64,000 nucleotides of DNA, from the NCBI GenBank assembly GCA_035503715.1, contig DATJTE010000117.1:4832-68831 (forward strand). Reading direction: 5' to 3'. Positions 25,141 to 34,724 of this stretch are shown piece after piece (the first letter of the stretch is position 1; each line of letters starts with the position of its first letter). Source of the DNA: Rhizobiaceae bacterium. GTDB lineage: Bacteria > Pseudomonadota > Alphaproteobacteria > Rhizobiales > Rhizobiaceae. Below the pieces are notes generated by a model, which ran no database searches, was not told the origin of the DNA, and saw nothing but the letters and a program-made list of their open reading frames with translations. A program made the position numbers and the translations under genes.

Positions 25141-26186
25141 TGGAACGGCTGGCGCCTGAACAACATGACACGCTTGATGGTGTGCCTGAGCCGGCGGAAA
25201 GCCTGGAGCTCATCGGCCACGGCAACGCCGTCGCGTCGCTGACCACCGCATATCGCGCGGGAAAACTGCCGCACGCGCTGATCCTTGCCGGGCCGCGCGG
25301 CATCGGCAAGGCGACACTTGCTTTTCACCTTGCGCATTACCTGCTCAAACACCCGTCCGAACAGGGCGCGCCGGAAGTTTTTTCGGCGCGTGATCCGGCT
25401 TCGTCGTTGCACCGGCAGATCGCCTCCGGCGCGCATCCTTCGGTGCTGAACCTGACACGGCCGCTGAACGACAAGGGCGATCGCTTCAAGACTGTCATCT
25501 CCGTCGACGAGATCCGCCGCGTCGGACGCTTCCTGTCGCTCACCTCGCATGACGGCAGCTATCGCGTCGTCATCGTCGATCCGGCCGACGACATGAACCG
25601 CAACGCCGCAAACGCTCTGTTGAAGAATCTCGAGGAGCCACCTGCGCGAACGATCTTCGTCCTGATCGTCCATTCGCTGGGCAGTCTTTTGCCCACCATT
25701 CGCTCCCGCTGCCAAATGATCCGCCTTGACCCGCTATCGGATCAGAACGTGCTGACGGTCATGGAGACGTTCGATACCGCTGTCCCAGAGGGTGACGCGC
25801 GCGACGCGATGCTGAAGCACGCCAATGGCAGCCCGCGCGAAGCCGTGCTGATGACCGAATATGGCGGCGGCGAGATCTCCGACGCCATGGATCGGATCAC
25901 CTTGGCCAACCGGCTGGAGGTGCCGGCGGCGCACAAGCTGGCTGACGCCGTGGCCGCCCGTGGTCAGGACATCCAGTTCGGCCTGTTCAACGACCACGCG
26001 CTTGACCTGCTGACCCGCGCAGCGAGCGCCGCAGCCGAGCGCGGCGAGGTCGGGCGGGCCGACCGCATCGCGGAAGTCTTTGAAAAGTCACGGGTTGCGA
26101 TAATCGACACGGACACTTACAATCTGGACCGCAAACAACACGCGCTGAGCATGATTACCCGCCTATACGACGCATTTCGAATGTGA
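25140..26186 (+). CDS. holB: DNA polymerase III delta' subunit
   Basis: LPHALILAGPRGIGKATLAFHLA, ANALLKNLEEPP, SRCQ; the start shares one nt with the tmk stop. Confidence 0.85.
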   Translation: MERLAPEQHDTLDGVPEPAESLELIGHGNAVASLTTAYRAGKLPHALILAGPRGIGKATLAFHLAHYLLKHPSEQGAPEVFSARDPASSLHRQIASGAHPSVLNLTRPLNDKGDRFKTVISVDEIRRVGRFLSLTSHDGSYRVVIVDPADDMNRNAANALLKNLEEPPARTIFVLIVHSLGSLLPTIRSRCQMIRLDPLSDQNVLTVMETFDTAVPEGDARDAMLKHANGSPREAVLMTEYGGGEISDAMDRITLANRLEVPAAHKLADAVAARGQDIQFGLFNDHALDLLTRAASAAAERGEVGRADRIAEVFEKSRVAIIDTDTYNLDRKQHALSMITRLYDAFRM

Positions 26187-26266
26187 AGCCGTTCCGGCGG
26201 CCGGGCTGACGTCCGGCGCATCCTATTTCCACGCCAAGTTTCATCGAATTGCGAACGGCCACATCC

Positions 26267-27817
26267 ATGCCTAGCGAAAAGTTCTACATCACGACCGCCA
26301 TTTCCTATCCGAACGGCAAGCCGCACATTGGCCACGCCTATGAGATGATCGCCACCGACGCGCTGGCGCGCTTTCAACGCCTCGATGGCAAGGACGTCTA
26401 TTTCCTCACCGGCACCGACGAGCATGGCATCAAGATGCTGCAGACGGCGCGCAAGGAAGGGATCACGCCCCGCGAACTGGCCGACCGCAACGCGGCCGAG
26501 TTCAAGCGCATGGCCGAGGCGCTCAACCTGTCGAACGACGATTTCATCCGCACGACCGAGAAGCGTCATTACGCCGCCAGCCAGGCGATCTGGAAGGCGA
26601 TGGCGGCGAATGGCGACATCTACAAGGGCGGTTATGCCGGCTGGTACTCCGTGCGCGACGAAGCCTATTACGGCGAGGAAGAGACCGAGGTACGCGCCGA
26701 CAATGTGCGCTATGGACCGCAGGGTACGCCGGTCGAGTGGGTGGAGGAGGAGAGTTACTTCTTCCGCCTCTCCGCCTATCAGGACCGGTTGCTCAAGCTA
26801 TATGACGAAAATCCAAGCTTCATCGGTCCGGCCGAGCGCCGCAACGAGGTGATGAGCTTCGTCAAATCCGGGCTGAAGGATCTGTCGATCTCGCGCACGA
26901 CCTTCGATTGGGGCGTACCGGTGCCGGGCGACGAGAAGCACGTCATGTATGTCTGGGTCGACGCGCTGACCAACTACATCACCGGCGTCGGCTATCCGGA
27001 TAGCGATGCGAAGCTGTGGCCATTCTGGCCGGCGGATGCTCATATCATCGGCAAGGACATCGTGCGTTTCCATGCGATCTACTGGCCGGCATTTCTCTGG
27101 TCAGCAGGCATCGAACTGCCGAAGCGCGTCTTCGGCCACGGCTTCGTCTTCAACCGCGGGGAGAAGATGTCGAAGTCGGTCGGCAACGTGATCGATCCGT
27201 TCAATCTGATCGAGCACTACGGCCTCGACCAGGTGCGCTATTTCTTCCTGCGTGAGGTGCCGTTCGGTCAGGACGGCAACTACAGCCATGAGGCGATCGT
27301 CAATCGCACCAATGCCGATCTCGCCAACGACCTCGGCAATCTGGCGCAGCGTTCGCTCTCGATGATCGCCAAGAACTGCGGCGGCGTGGTGCCGAAGCGT
27401 GGCGCGATTGCGGAAGCCGATAAGGCGATCCTCGACCAGGCAGGCGCGGCACTCGAAACAGCGCGAAAGGCGATGGGCGAGCAGGCGATCCATATCGGGT
27501 TGGCGGCGATCTTCGGCGTCGTCGCCGAAGCGAACCGTTATTTTGCCGGCCAGGAGCCCTGGGCGCTGAAGAAGACCGATCCGGCGCGGATGGAGAGCGT
27601 GCTTTATACGACGGCGGAAGTGATCCGGCGCATCGGCATTCTCTGCCAGCCTTATATCCCGGGCTCGGCGGCGAAGCTGCTCGACCAGCTCGCGATTCCG
27701 GCGGACCGTCGCTCCTTCGCGCATGTCGGCGAAAAGTACGCACTCGTCTCCGGCACACCATTGCCGGCGCCGCAGGGCGTGTTCCCGCGCTATGTCGAGC
27801 AGGCCGAGGGCGCGTAA
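26267..27817 (+). CDS. metG: Methionyl-tRNA synthetase
   Basis: [21 protein letters not shown] (HIGH motif), KMSKS present ([11 protein letters not shown]). Confidence 0.95.
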   Translation: MPSEKFYITTAISYPNGKPHIGHAYEMIATDALARFQRLDGKDVYFLTGTDEHGIKMLQTARKEGITPRELADRNAAEFKRMAEALNLSNDDFIRTTEKRHYAASQAIWKAMAANGDIYKGGYAGWYSVRDEAYYGEEETEVRADNVRYGPQGTPVEWVEEESYFFRLSAYQDRLLKLYDENPSFIGPAERRNEVMSFVKSGLKDLSISRTTFDWGVPVPGDEKHVMYVWVDALTNYITGVGYPDSDAKLWPFWPADAHIIGKDIVRFHAIYWPAFLWSAGIELPKRVFGHGFVFNRGEKMSKSVGNVIDPFNLIEHYGLDQVRYFFLREVPFGQDGNYSHEAIVNRTNADLANDLGNLAQRSLSMIAKNCGGVVPKRGAIAEADKAILDQAGAALETARKAMGEQAIHIGLAAIFGVVAEANRYFAGQEPWALKKTDPARMESVLYTTAEVIRRIGILCQPYIPGSAAKLLDQLAIPADRRSFAHVGEKYALVSGTPLPAPQGVFPRYVEQAEGA

Positions 27818-28612
27818 ATGCTCGTCGACAGCCACTGCCATCTCGACTTCCCGGACTTCGCCGAAGAGCGGAGCGCGGTGATCGCGCGGGCAGTGGCTGC
27901 CGGCGTCGGCCGCATGGTGACGATCTCGACGCGCGTCAAACGCTTCGACCAGATCCTTGCCATCGCAGAGGCGCATCCGGAGGTTTATTGCTCCGTCGGG
28001 ACGCACCCGCACAATGCGGCGGAAGAACTTGACGTGACAATGGACGATCTCGTCCGGCTTTCACGCCATCCGAAGGTCGTCGCGATCGGCGAGGCTGGCC
28101 TCGACTATCATTACGACAAGTCCCCGCGCCCGGCGCAGGCGCAGGGATTCCGCACGCACATCGCAGCGGCGCGTGAGACGGGTCTTCCCCTCGTCATCCA
28201 TGCGCGCGAAGCCGACGCCGACATGGGCGACATTCTCGAAGAAGAAAGCGGGCAGGGGGCCTTCCCCTTCATTATGCATTGCTTTTCTTCGGGTCGTGGG
28301 CTTGCCGAACGCGCCCTCGCCCTTGGCGGCTACATTTCCTTCTCCGGCATCCTGACGTTCAAGAATTCGGAAGAGCTGCGCGCCATCGCGCGGGACGTGC
28401 CGCGCGACCGCCTGCTGGTCGAGACGGACGCGCCATATCTCGCGCCGGTGCCATTTCGCGGCAAGCGCAACGAACCTGCTTACACGGCCTACACGGCGAA
28501 AGTGCTGGCCGAGACGATCGGCGCCAGCGAGGCAGAGATCGCGGCGATCACAACGGACAATTTCTTCAGGCTGTTCAAGAAAATGCCTCGGCCGGCATTG
28601 AAAGCCGCCTGA
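27818..28612 (+). CDS. TatD-family metal-dependent hydrolase
   Basis: MLVDSHCHLDF, AIGEAGLDYHY, LVIHAREA, ETDAPYL. Confidence 0.9.
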   Translation: MLVDSHCHLDFPDFAEERSAVIARAVAAGVGRMVTISTRVKRFDQILAIAEAHPEVYCSVGTHPHNAAEELDVTMDDLVRLSRHPKVVAIGEAGLDYHYDKSPRPAQAQGFRTHIAAARETGLPLVIHAREADADMGDILEEESGQGAFPFIMHCFSSGRGLAERALALGGYISFSGILTFKNSEELRAIARDVPRDRLLVETDAPYLAPVPFRGKRNEPAYTAYTAKVLAETIGASEAEIAAITTDNFFRLFKKMPRPALKAA

Positions 28613-28615
28613 GAC

Positions 28616-29431
28616 GTGCCGGATACGCTGCGCTTCACCATCCTCGGCTGCGGTTCATCGCCGGGCACGCCGCGCATCACCGGCGACTGGGGCGACTGCG
28701 ATCCATCAAACCCGAAAAACCGGCGCACCCGTGCAGCCGCTATGGCAGAGCGCATCGGTCCAAACGGCGTCACGCGCGTCGTCATCGATACAGGCCCGGA
28801 CTTTCGCGAGCAGATGCTGGCCGCCAAGGTGAAGCGCATCGACGCGGCGATCTACACGCATGCGCACGCCGATCATATCCACGGCATCGACGATTTACGC
28901 GGCTACGTGCTCGAACAGCGTCGCCTCATGGACGTCTATTGCGACCAGCCGACACTGACGCGGCTGATGGATTCGTTCGGCTACTGTTTTACGACGCCGA
29001 TCGGCAGCTCCTACCCGCCGATCCTCAAGGCGCGTCTTTTCGAGCACGAAAAACCGGTCGTCATTGAAGGGAAGGGGGGTCCCCTCTCCTTCGAGCCGCT
29101 GCCGCAGATCCATGGCGACATCATCTCGCTCGGCTTTCGCATCGGAGGCCTCGCCTATTGCCCTGACGTAAGCGATTTTCCGCCGCCAACGGCCCACCGG
29201 CTCCGTGGCCTCGATATGCTGATCATCGACGCGCTGCAGCACCGCGCACACCCCAGCCATTTGTCGCTTGGCCAGGCGCTGGCCTGGATCGAGCGGCTGA
29301 AGCCGAAGCGCGGCGTGCTGACCCATATGCACATACCGCTGGATTACGACGCCGTGCGCAAAGCCACGCCGGATCACGTCGAGCCGGCCTATGACGGCAT
29401 GGTCATCGAGCTTCCATACGAGGGGGGGTGA
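28616..29431 (+). CDS. MBL-fold metallo-hydrolase (PhnP-like)
   Basis: FTILGCGSSPGTP, THAHADHIHG (HxHxDH). GTG start. Confidence 0.8.
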   Translation: MPDTLRFTILGCGSSPGTPRITGDWGDCDPSNPKNRRTRAAAMAERIGPNGVTRVVIDTGPDFREQMLAAKVKRIDAAIYTHAHADHIHGIDDLRGYVLEQRRLMDVYCDQPTLTRLMDSFGYCFTTPIGSSYPPILKARLFEHEKPVVIEGKGGPLSFEPLPQIHGDIISLGFRIGGLAYCPDVSDFPPPTAHRLRGLDMLIIDALQHRAHPSHLSLGQALAWIERLKPKRGVLTHMHIPLDYDAVRKATPDHVEPAYDGMVIELPYEGG

Positions 29432-29432
29432 A

Positions 29433-29903
29433 ATGGCTGGCAGCATCGAGCGCGTGACGCTTGCCGCGGCGGCTGCCGGGCTGCCGATCGAGATTCGCCG
29501 CATGGGTGCCTCGACGCGTACGGCCGAAGAAGCGGCCCAGCAATGCGGCTGTGGCGTGGCCCAGATCGTCAAGTCGCTGATTTTTGAGGGCGAGCAATCG
29601 AAGCGGCTTTATCTGTTCCTGGTGTCCGGCGTTAACCAGCTCGATCTCGCCAAGGCGGCGGCGCTGACCGACGAAACTTTGAAGCGCGCTGATCCAAGAC
29701 GCATCCGCGACGAGACCGGTTTTGCCATTGGCGGCGTGTCACCGCTGGGACATCAGATTCCGATCGCGGCCTATGCCGACGAGACGCTGCTCGACCACAC
29801 GATCGTCTGGGCGGCTGCCGGAGCGCACGACGCGGTTTTTGGCGCTGAGCCGAGAGCGTTGATGCGGGCCGCCAGCGCCAAGATCGCAGACCTCAAAGCA
29901 TGA
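29433..29903 (+). CDS. YbaK/EbsC-type aminoacyl-tRNA editing domain protein
   Basis: IVKSLIFEGE...LFLVSG...IGGVSPLGH; ATG is 2 nt after the upstream stop. Confidence 0.75.
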   Translation: MAGSIERVTLAAAAAGLPIEIRRMGASTRTAEEAAQQCGCGVAQIVKSLIFEGEQSKRLYLFLVSGVNQLDLAKAAALTDETLKRADPRRIRDETGFAIGGVSPLGHQIPIAAYADETLLDHTIVWAAAGAHDAVFGAEPRALMRAASAKIADLKA

Positions 29904-30021
29904 CAAACCGCACAAATCCGGGCTTTCGTATACCGGCGTAAGTTCCATAATATATCTTATGCGACTGGAGAATGGCACCGCCGGAGACACCCCTCGGCTC
30001 CGAAATCCTCGCGCTTCTCGA

Positions 30022-31191
30022 TCACGCTCGGCGTCTCTGCACCATGAGAAAGACGGCCAGCACGCAGCACATCAACCCAAGCGACAATGGCAATCCTTGA
30101 GGTCCGATCAGCTGCATGGTGAGGCCAGTCGCTGGCGAACCGACAATGCCGCCAGCGCCCCAGACAAGCGAGAACACCGCGGTGCCGGCGATCAGCGCCT
30201 GACCGTCAAAGCGCTCGCCGAGTTGGATCAGCGCCATCGTGTAGATGCCGAACGACACGCCGCCCCAGACGAACAGCAGCGGCCAGACAAGCCACGAACC
30301 GAACAGCAGCGGCAAAGCCAGGCACCCGGCCAGCGACGCGAGCACGCAAAACAGCATGGTGCGCGTCGAGCCAAACCGTTCGGCCATGTGCCCGAGCACG
30401 ATCTGAAGCGCGGCGTCGCCGGCAATGAAACAGGCAATCAGCGAGGCAATGCGCGCTTCGCCGCTGCCGAAGGCGGCGCCATAGACGGCGAACATGGAAA
30501 TCAGCGTCTGCTCGAAGGCGGCCGCGGCGAAGACAGCAAACAGCAGCAGCGGCGCGAGCCCGAAGAAGCCTCGTACCGACGTCGCCTCGCCTTCGTGCGC
30601 CATCTTCGGCAACTGCGACGCGACGGCAAACAGGGTCAGGCCGACAAGCAGGAAGGCTGCAATGCCGATCATGAAAGGCGGCCAGCCATGCGTGCCGACC
30701 AGCCGGAGCAACAAGGGCCCGATGGCGAAGCCGCCCGAAACGATCGACGAATAGAGGCCCATGATGCGGCCCCGGCGCAATGGCGGCGCGATCGAGATCA
30801 GCCAGGTTTCCGCCAGCACATAGGGCGGCTTGGAGAAGAAGCCGAGCAGGAAGCGCAGTGGCATCCACGCCCAGACGTCCTGTGTCCAGGCGATCGCGGC
30901 GAGCGTCAGTGCGGTCAGGACCGAGCACAAGATCGCAAGCCCTGCCCCGCCCATGCGCCGCGTGAGCGCCGGCGTGAAGGCCGAAGCCACGATGAAACCC
31001 AGCGGCGTCATTGCCGCCGACAGGCCGATCAGCCCGGGTGTTGTGCCTTGCCGCTCCAGGATGAAGCTGAGCAGCGGATAGAGCACGCCTTGCGCCAGAG
31101 CACCTAGCGTGACCGCCGCGATAAGGCCTCCGATCGCGACCCACGGGGTCCGATCGTCACGCGCTGACATCATGCTGCCGTTGGCGGTCAT
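30022..31191 (-). CDS. MFS transporter
   Basis: About 12 TM segments. The start MTANGSMM at 31191 overlaps the stop of the DUF1127 ORF (ATGA). Confidence 0.8.
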   Translation of the reverse strand: MTANGSMMSARDDRTPWVAIGGLIAAVTLGALAQGVLYPLLSFILERQGTTPGLIGLSAAMTPLGFIVASAFTPALTRRMGGAGLAILCSVLTALTLAAIAWTQDVWAWMPLRFLLGFFSKPPYVLAETWLISIAPPLRRGRIMGLYSSIVSGGFAIGPLLLRLVGTHGWPPFMIGIAAFLLVGLTLFAVASQLPKMAHEGEATSVRGFFGLAPLLLFAVFAAAAFEQTLISMFAVYGAAFGSGEARIASLIACFIAGDAALQIVLGHMAERFGSTRTMLFCVLASLAGCLALPLLFGSWLVWPLLFVWGGVSFGIYTMALIQLGERFDGQALIAGTAVFSLVWGAGGIVGSPATGLTMQLIGPQGLPLSLGLMCCVLAVFLMVQRRRA

Positions 31192-31412
31192 GCTTGCCAG
31201 AACGGCTTGGAGATTTCGGCCTCGACCTGCCGTGTCGTCAGACCGATATCGTCGATCAAATGAGAATTGGCGCTCGCCATCTGCTGCAAGTCCCAACGGA
31301 AACGCATGCGTTCGCTCCAGGTCGCGATGATGCTGCGCCGTGTCGCCAGGGCCGCCAAACCCTCATACCGATACGATGCCTTCGCCGGCCCGATGAGAGA
31401 AATAACGTTCAT
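31188..31412 (-). CDS. DUF1127-type small protein
   Basis: C-terminal ...LIDDIGLTTRQVEAEISKPFWQA matches the DUF1127 signature (L.DIG..R......KPFW). GGAGG 5 nt upstream of the ATG at 31412. Confidence 0.7.
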   Translation of the reverse strand: MNVISLIGPAKASYRYEGLAALATRRSIIATWSERMRFRWDLQQMASANSHLIDDIGLTTRQVEAEISKPFWQA

Positions 31413-31643
31413 GACAGCCTCCATGGCTTGAGGTCCGGACCTCTACCTGCACGAGGCTGACTTCTGGAAGAAACGAACGGCGCTGTCCTTAAGCACGCCC
31501 AAATAGTTCCGAAAACTTCCGAACGGCGCAGGGCGAAAATGCGATCCGGCGCCGATCGCGCTCCGCCCTATCTGTTTGTTTTTGCCGCACGATCCCGTTT
31601 CGAAACGTCTGCAACTGTTTGCGATTATGCTATAGAGCGGCAC

Positions 31644-33158
31644 ATGGAAGGGTCGCGCTTTACCTTTGGTCCGTTCGTGTTCGATTCCGCGGCGGGAACG
31701 CTACTTCGGGACGAAGCACCCGTTGCCGCGAGCTATCGCGCACTGAAACTGCTTGGCGCATTCGTCGCTCGACCCGGCGAAATCCTGAGCAAGGCCGAAC
31801 TGATGGACGCGGCATGGTCGGGCGCAGCCGTCGAGGAAAGCAACCTCACCGTCCAGATCGCGCGGCTTAGGAAGCTGCTCGGTCCGGCCGCCGGCGATGC
31901 GGGCAGCGAATGGATCGCCACGGTGCCACGCGTCGGCTACCGTTTTGTAGGACCGGTCGTACAGCTCGACGGCGCGAAACGAAAACCGCTGCCCCTTCCT
32001 GACAAGCCATCGATCGCCGTGCTGCCTTTCGTCAATCTCGGCAACGATCCGGAGCACGAATCCTTCGCGGACGGATTGACTGAAGACCTGATCACGGACC
32101 TGTCCAGGAACTCCGGCCTCTTCGTCATCGCCCGCAATTCGGCCTTTGCCTATAAGGGGCAGGTTTTTGATATGCGCGCAATCGCCGAGGACCTTGGCGT
32201 ACGCTACCTGCTGACGGGCAGCGCACGGCGCGCCGCAGGACGCGTGCGCATCAATGCGCAACTGCTCGACGCTTTGAGCGGCGAGCATCTGTGGGCCGAA
32301 CGCTTCGATCGTAACCTGGAGGATATCTTCGCGGTTCAGGACGAGGTCACGGCCAGGATCGTGGAGGCGCTCACCGGCCGGCTCGGCGCGCCGCCGCCGC
32401 GCAACCGGCCGAAGAATATGGAGGCCTACGATCTGTGCGTGCGGGCGCGCAAGCTGATGGACGATTCCCCGCAGACCGCACGCGAGGCGCATCTGCTGCT
32501 TACCCGCGCGGCCGCGCTCGACCCGGACTATGCCGAGCCGTATCGCTGGCTCGCGCTCAACCATTGGATGGGATGGGTGCATTCCGGCGGACCGACCGAG
32601 GCCGACCGTGCCACCGCCCTCGAGCTTGCCCGCAAGGCGGTGGCGATCGACCCCAACGATGCCGGCTGCCGCTGGATCCTGGCTTACCTGCTGACCTATG
32701 CGCGCAGCTTCGCCGAGGCGGACCAGGAGTTCGCGCGCGCGATCGCGCTCGACCCGAATGAGGCCGACGCCTGGGCGGTGCTGTCAGACGTCACGGTGCT
32801 GGCAGGTCGCGTCGAGGAAGGCCTTAAACACATCCGCAAGGCATTCCGGCTGAACCCGTTTCCGCCCGGCTGGTATCACATGACGCTCGGCCAGGCCTTG
32901 TACGCGGCGCGTGAGTATGAGGCGGCGATCGAGACGCTGCTCAGGGACGAAACCTATCACACGTCCTCGCGCCGCTTCCTGGCGGCCAGCCTTGCGCAGC
33001 TTGGCCGTCTCGACGAAGCGCGCGCCGAGGTGGAGCTGTTCCTGGTCGGCAACCCGCGTTTTACGACCAGCCACTGGGCCAGGGTCGAGCCGTTCCGCGA
33101 CGCCGCGACGCTCGCGCATTTCGTCGATGGCTTTCGCAAGGCCGGACTGCCGGAATAG
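31644..33158 (+). CDS. Winged-helix (OmpR/CadC-type) DNA-binding domain + TPR-repeat regulator
   Basis: N-terminus FGPFVFDSAAGTLLRDEAPV...RALKLLGAFVARPGEILSKAELMDAAW...LTVQIARLRKLLG...TVPRVGYRF; C-terminal TPR-like repeats (ALDPDYAEPYRWLA, AIDPNDAGCRW, ALDPNEADAW). Confidence 0.75.
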   Translation: MEGSRFTFGPFVFDSAAGTLLRDEAPVAASYRALKLLGAFVARPGEILSKAELMDAAWSGAAVEESNLTVQIARLRKLLGPAAGDAGSEWIATVPRVGYRFVGPVVQLDGAKRKPLPLPDKPSIAVLPFVNLGNDPEHESFADGLTEDLITDLSRNSGLFVIARNSAFAYKGQVFDMRAIAEDLGVRYLLTGSARRAAGRVRINAQLLDALSGEHLWAERFDRNLEDIFAVQDEVTARIVEALTGRLGAPPPRNRPKNMEAYDLCVRARKLMDDSPQTAREAHLLLTRAAALDPDYAEPYRWLALNHWMGWVHSGGPTEADRATALELARKAVAIDPNDAGCRWILAYLLTYARSFAEADQEFARAIALDPNEADAWAVLSDVTVLAGRVEEGLKHIRKAFRLNPFPPGWYHMTLGQALYAAREYEAAIETLLRDETYHTSSRRFLAASLAQLGRLDEARAEVELFLVGNPRFTTSHWARVEPFRDAATLAHFVDGFRKAGLPE

Positions 33159-33180
33159 AAAACCGGCGTCCCGCAAATCG

Positions 33181-33687
33181 TCACCGCATGTCGAGCCTGA
33201 ACGGAATGCCTTCATAGGCATCCGCCCCGCGCCCAATCCCGTCGATCGCGTCAACCATCCGCCCTCTCCGGCCGAGAATGGCGTCGGCGATGCTGACTAG
33301 CCGGATGTTCGGCGTTGCGGACGGCGACGCGGAACGCAATGCCTCAGCGAGCTCTTTCTCGTCGCGCTTTGGATCAAGCGCGGCGGCAATGATGTAGGCG
33401 GCGGCGGTCGACCGGCTGATACCGGCAAAACAGTTCACGACGAGCGGCTTCTTGCGATCCCAGTTGGCGGCAAAACCGAGCAACGACTGGACGTGATCGA
33501 GGCCGGGCGGCGTCATATCCGGCATCTCGGTGATAATGTCATGCATCGACAGCAACAGATGGTCGGTTGCCAGGAGGCTCGCAGGCCGCTCCATCGCGGT
33601 GCCGACGCTCAGCAACGATATCAGGCGGCCGGCGCCGACCGACTGGACGGTTTCGCCGACACGCGAGAGCGGGCACACATAGATCAT
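33181..33687 (-). CDS. Cys-based (CX5R) protein-tyrosine/dual-specificity phosphatase-fold protein
   Basis: Active-site loop VVNCFAGISRSTAAA (C-x5-R-S). ATGA overlap with the cobD stop. Confidence 0.7.
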   Translation of the reverse strand: MIYVCPLSRVGETVQSVGAGRLISLLSVGTAMERPASLLATDHLLLSMHDIITEMPDMTPPGLDHVQSLLGFAANWDRKKPLVVNCFAGISRSTAAAYIIAAALDPKRDEKELAEALRSASPSATPNIRLVSIADAILGRRGRMVDAIDGIGRGADAYEGIPFRLDMR

Positions 33688-34724
33688 TCCGCGGCCATGC
33701 GCCTTTCTCCCCTTGCCCAGGCTTCAAGTGCCACCCGCAGCCGGGTTGTAGCCCCTTCATCCGCAGGCAGGCCGAGCCGCAGCCTATCAGGCATTTCGGC
33801 AAAACGGCGCACCAGAATGCCGCGCTCGCCAAGCATCCTGACAAGGTGATGTGCGTCTGGATGCCGGACGAAACGATAAAGATGCGTGCCGCCGACAATT
33901 TCCAGCCCAAAGCCAGCCAGCAGATTGTCGAGCGCCGTGGCCTCACCAGCGAGCCGCTGTCCCATCGTTTCTTGCCATACCAGGTCGCTTAAAGCGCGGA
34001 TTCCGTATTCGAGCGCGGAACCAGAAACTGCCCACGGGCCGAGTTGTGTTTCCAGGCGTGCTGCGATGTCTTTTCGCGCAACCGCGAAACCAAGTCTCAT
34101 ACCGGCAAGACCGAAGAACTTTCCGAAGGATCGAAGCGCAACCAAACCACCCTGCTCGACATCGCCGTCGACGCTTTCGGCGCGCGGGCCGACATCCATG
34201 AACGCCTCGTCAACGACGAGAAGCCCGCCTTTCGCGGCAAGCGTTGTTGCAAGATTCAGGAGATCGTGACGCGAAACGATACGGCCATCCGGATTGTTCG
34301 GATTGACGACGACAGCGACATCGGCGTCGAAAAGAGCATTGAAATCAGAGGTTTCTGTAATCTGATGCCCGGTCAGCGCAGCCGCTTTGGCATGCTCCGC
34401 ATAAGTCGGGCCGAGTACAACCGCCCTGCCCGCCGCAACCAGCGACATCACCAGTGGCAGCAGGATTTGTGTGCCGGGCGCAGCCACCACATTTGCAGCC
34501 GACGGTGCGCCATAAGCCTTGGCCGCCACGGCTTTCAGTTGCTCCAGCCGCGCCGGTTCAGGGAGCCGCGTCAGCGCCGTGGCGGGGAGATCGAAAAGCG
34601 GATAGGAGTGTGGATTGATCCCGGTCGACAGGTCGATCCACGGCCGGGGCGCATGCGGAAACTCAACGCTCGCGCGGGCGAGGTTGCCGCCATGTTCGAT
34701 CGTCTCATTCGCCTGAAGCGCCAT
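33684..34724 (-). CDS. cobD: L-threonine-O-3-phosphate decarboxylase (CobD in Salmonella naming; CobC in P. denitrificans naming)
   Basis: Class I/II aminotransferase fold. HGGNLARA...PWIDLSTGINPHSYP, RSFGKFFGLAGMRLG (PLP Lys). Confidence 0.8.
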   Translation of the reverse strand: MALQANETIEHGGNLARASVEFPHAPRPWIDLSTGINPHSYPLFDLPATALTRLPEPARLEQLKAVAAKAYGAPSAANVVAAPGTQILLPLVMSLVAAGRAVVLGPTYAEHAKAAALTGHQITETSDFNALFDADVAVVVNPNNPDGRIVSRHDLLNLATTLAAKGGLLVVDEAFMDVGPRAESVDGDVEQGGLVALRSFGKFFGLAGMRLGFAVARKDIAARLETQLGPWAVSGSALEYGIRALSDLVWQETMGQRLAGEATALDNLLAGFGLEIVGGTHLYRFVRHPDAHHLVRMLGERGILVRRFAEMPDRLRLGLPADEGATTRLRVALEAWARGERRMAAE

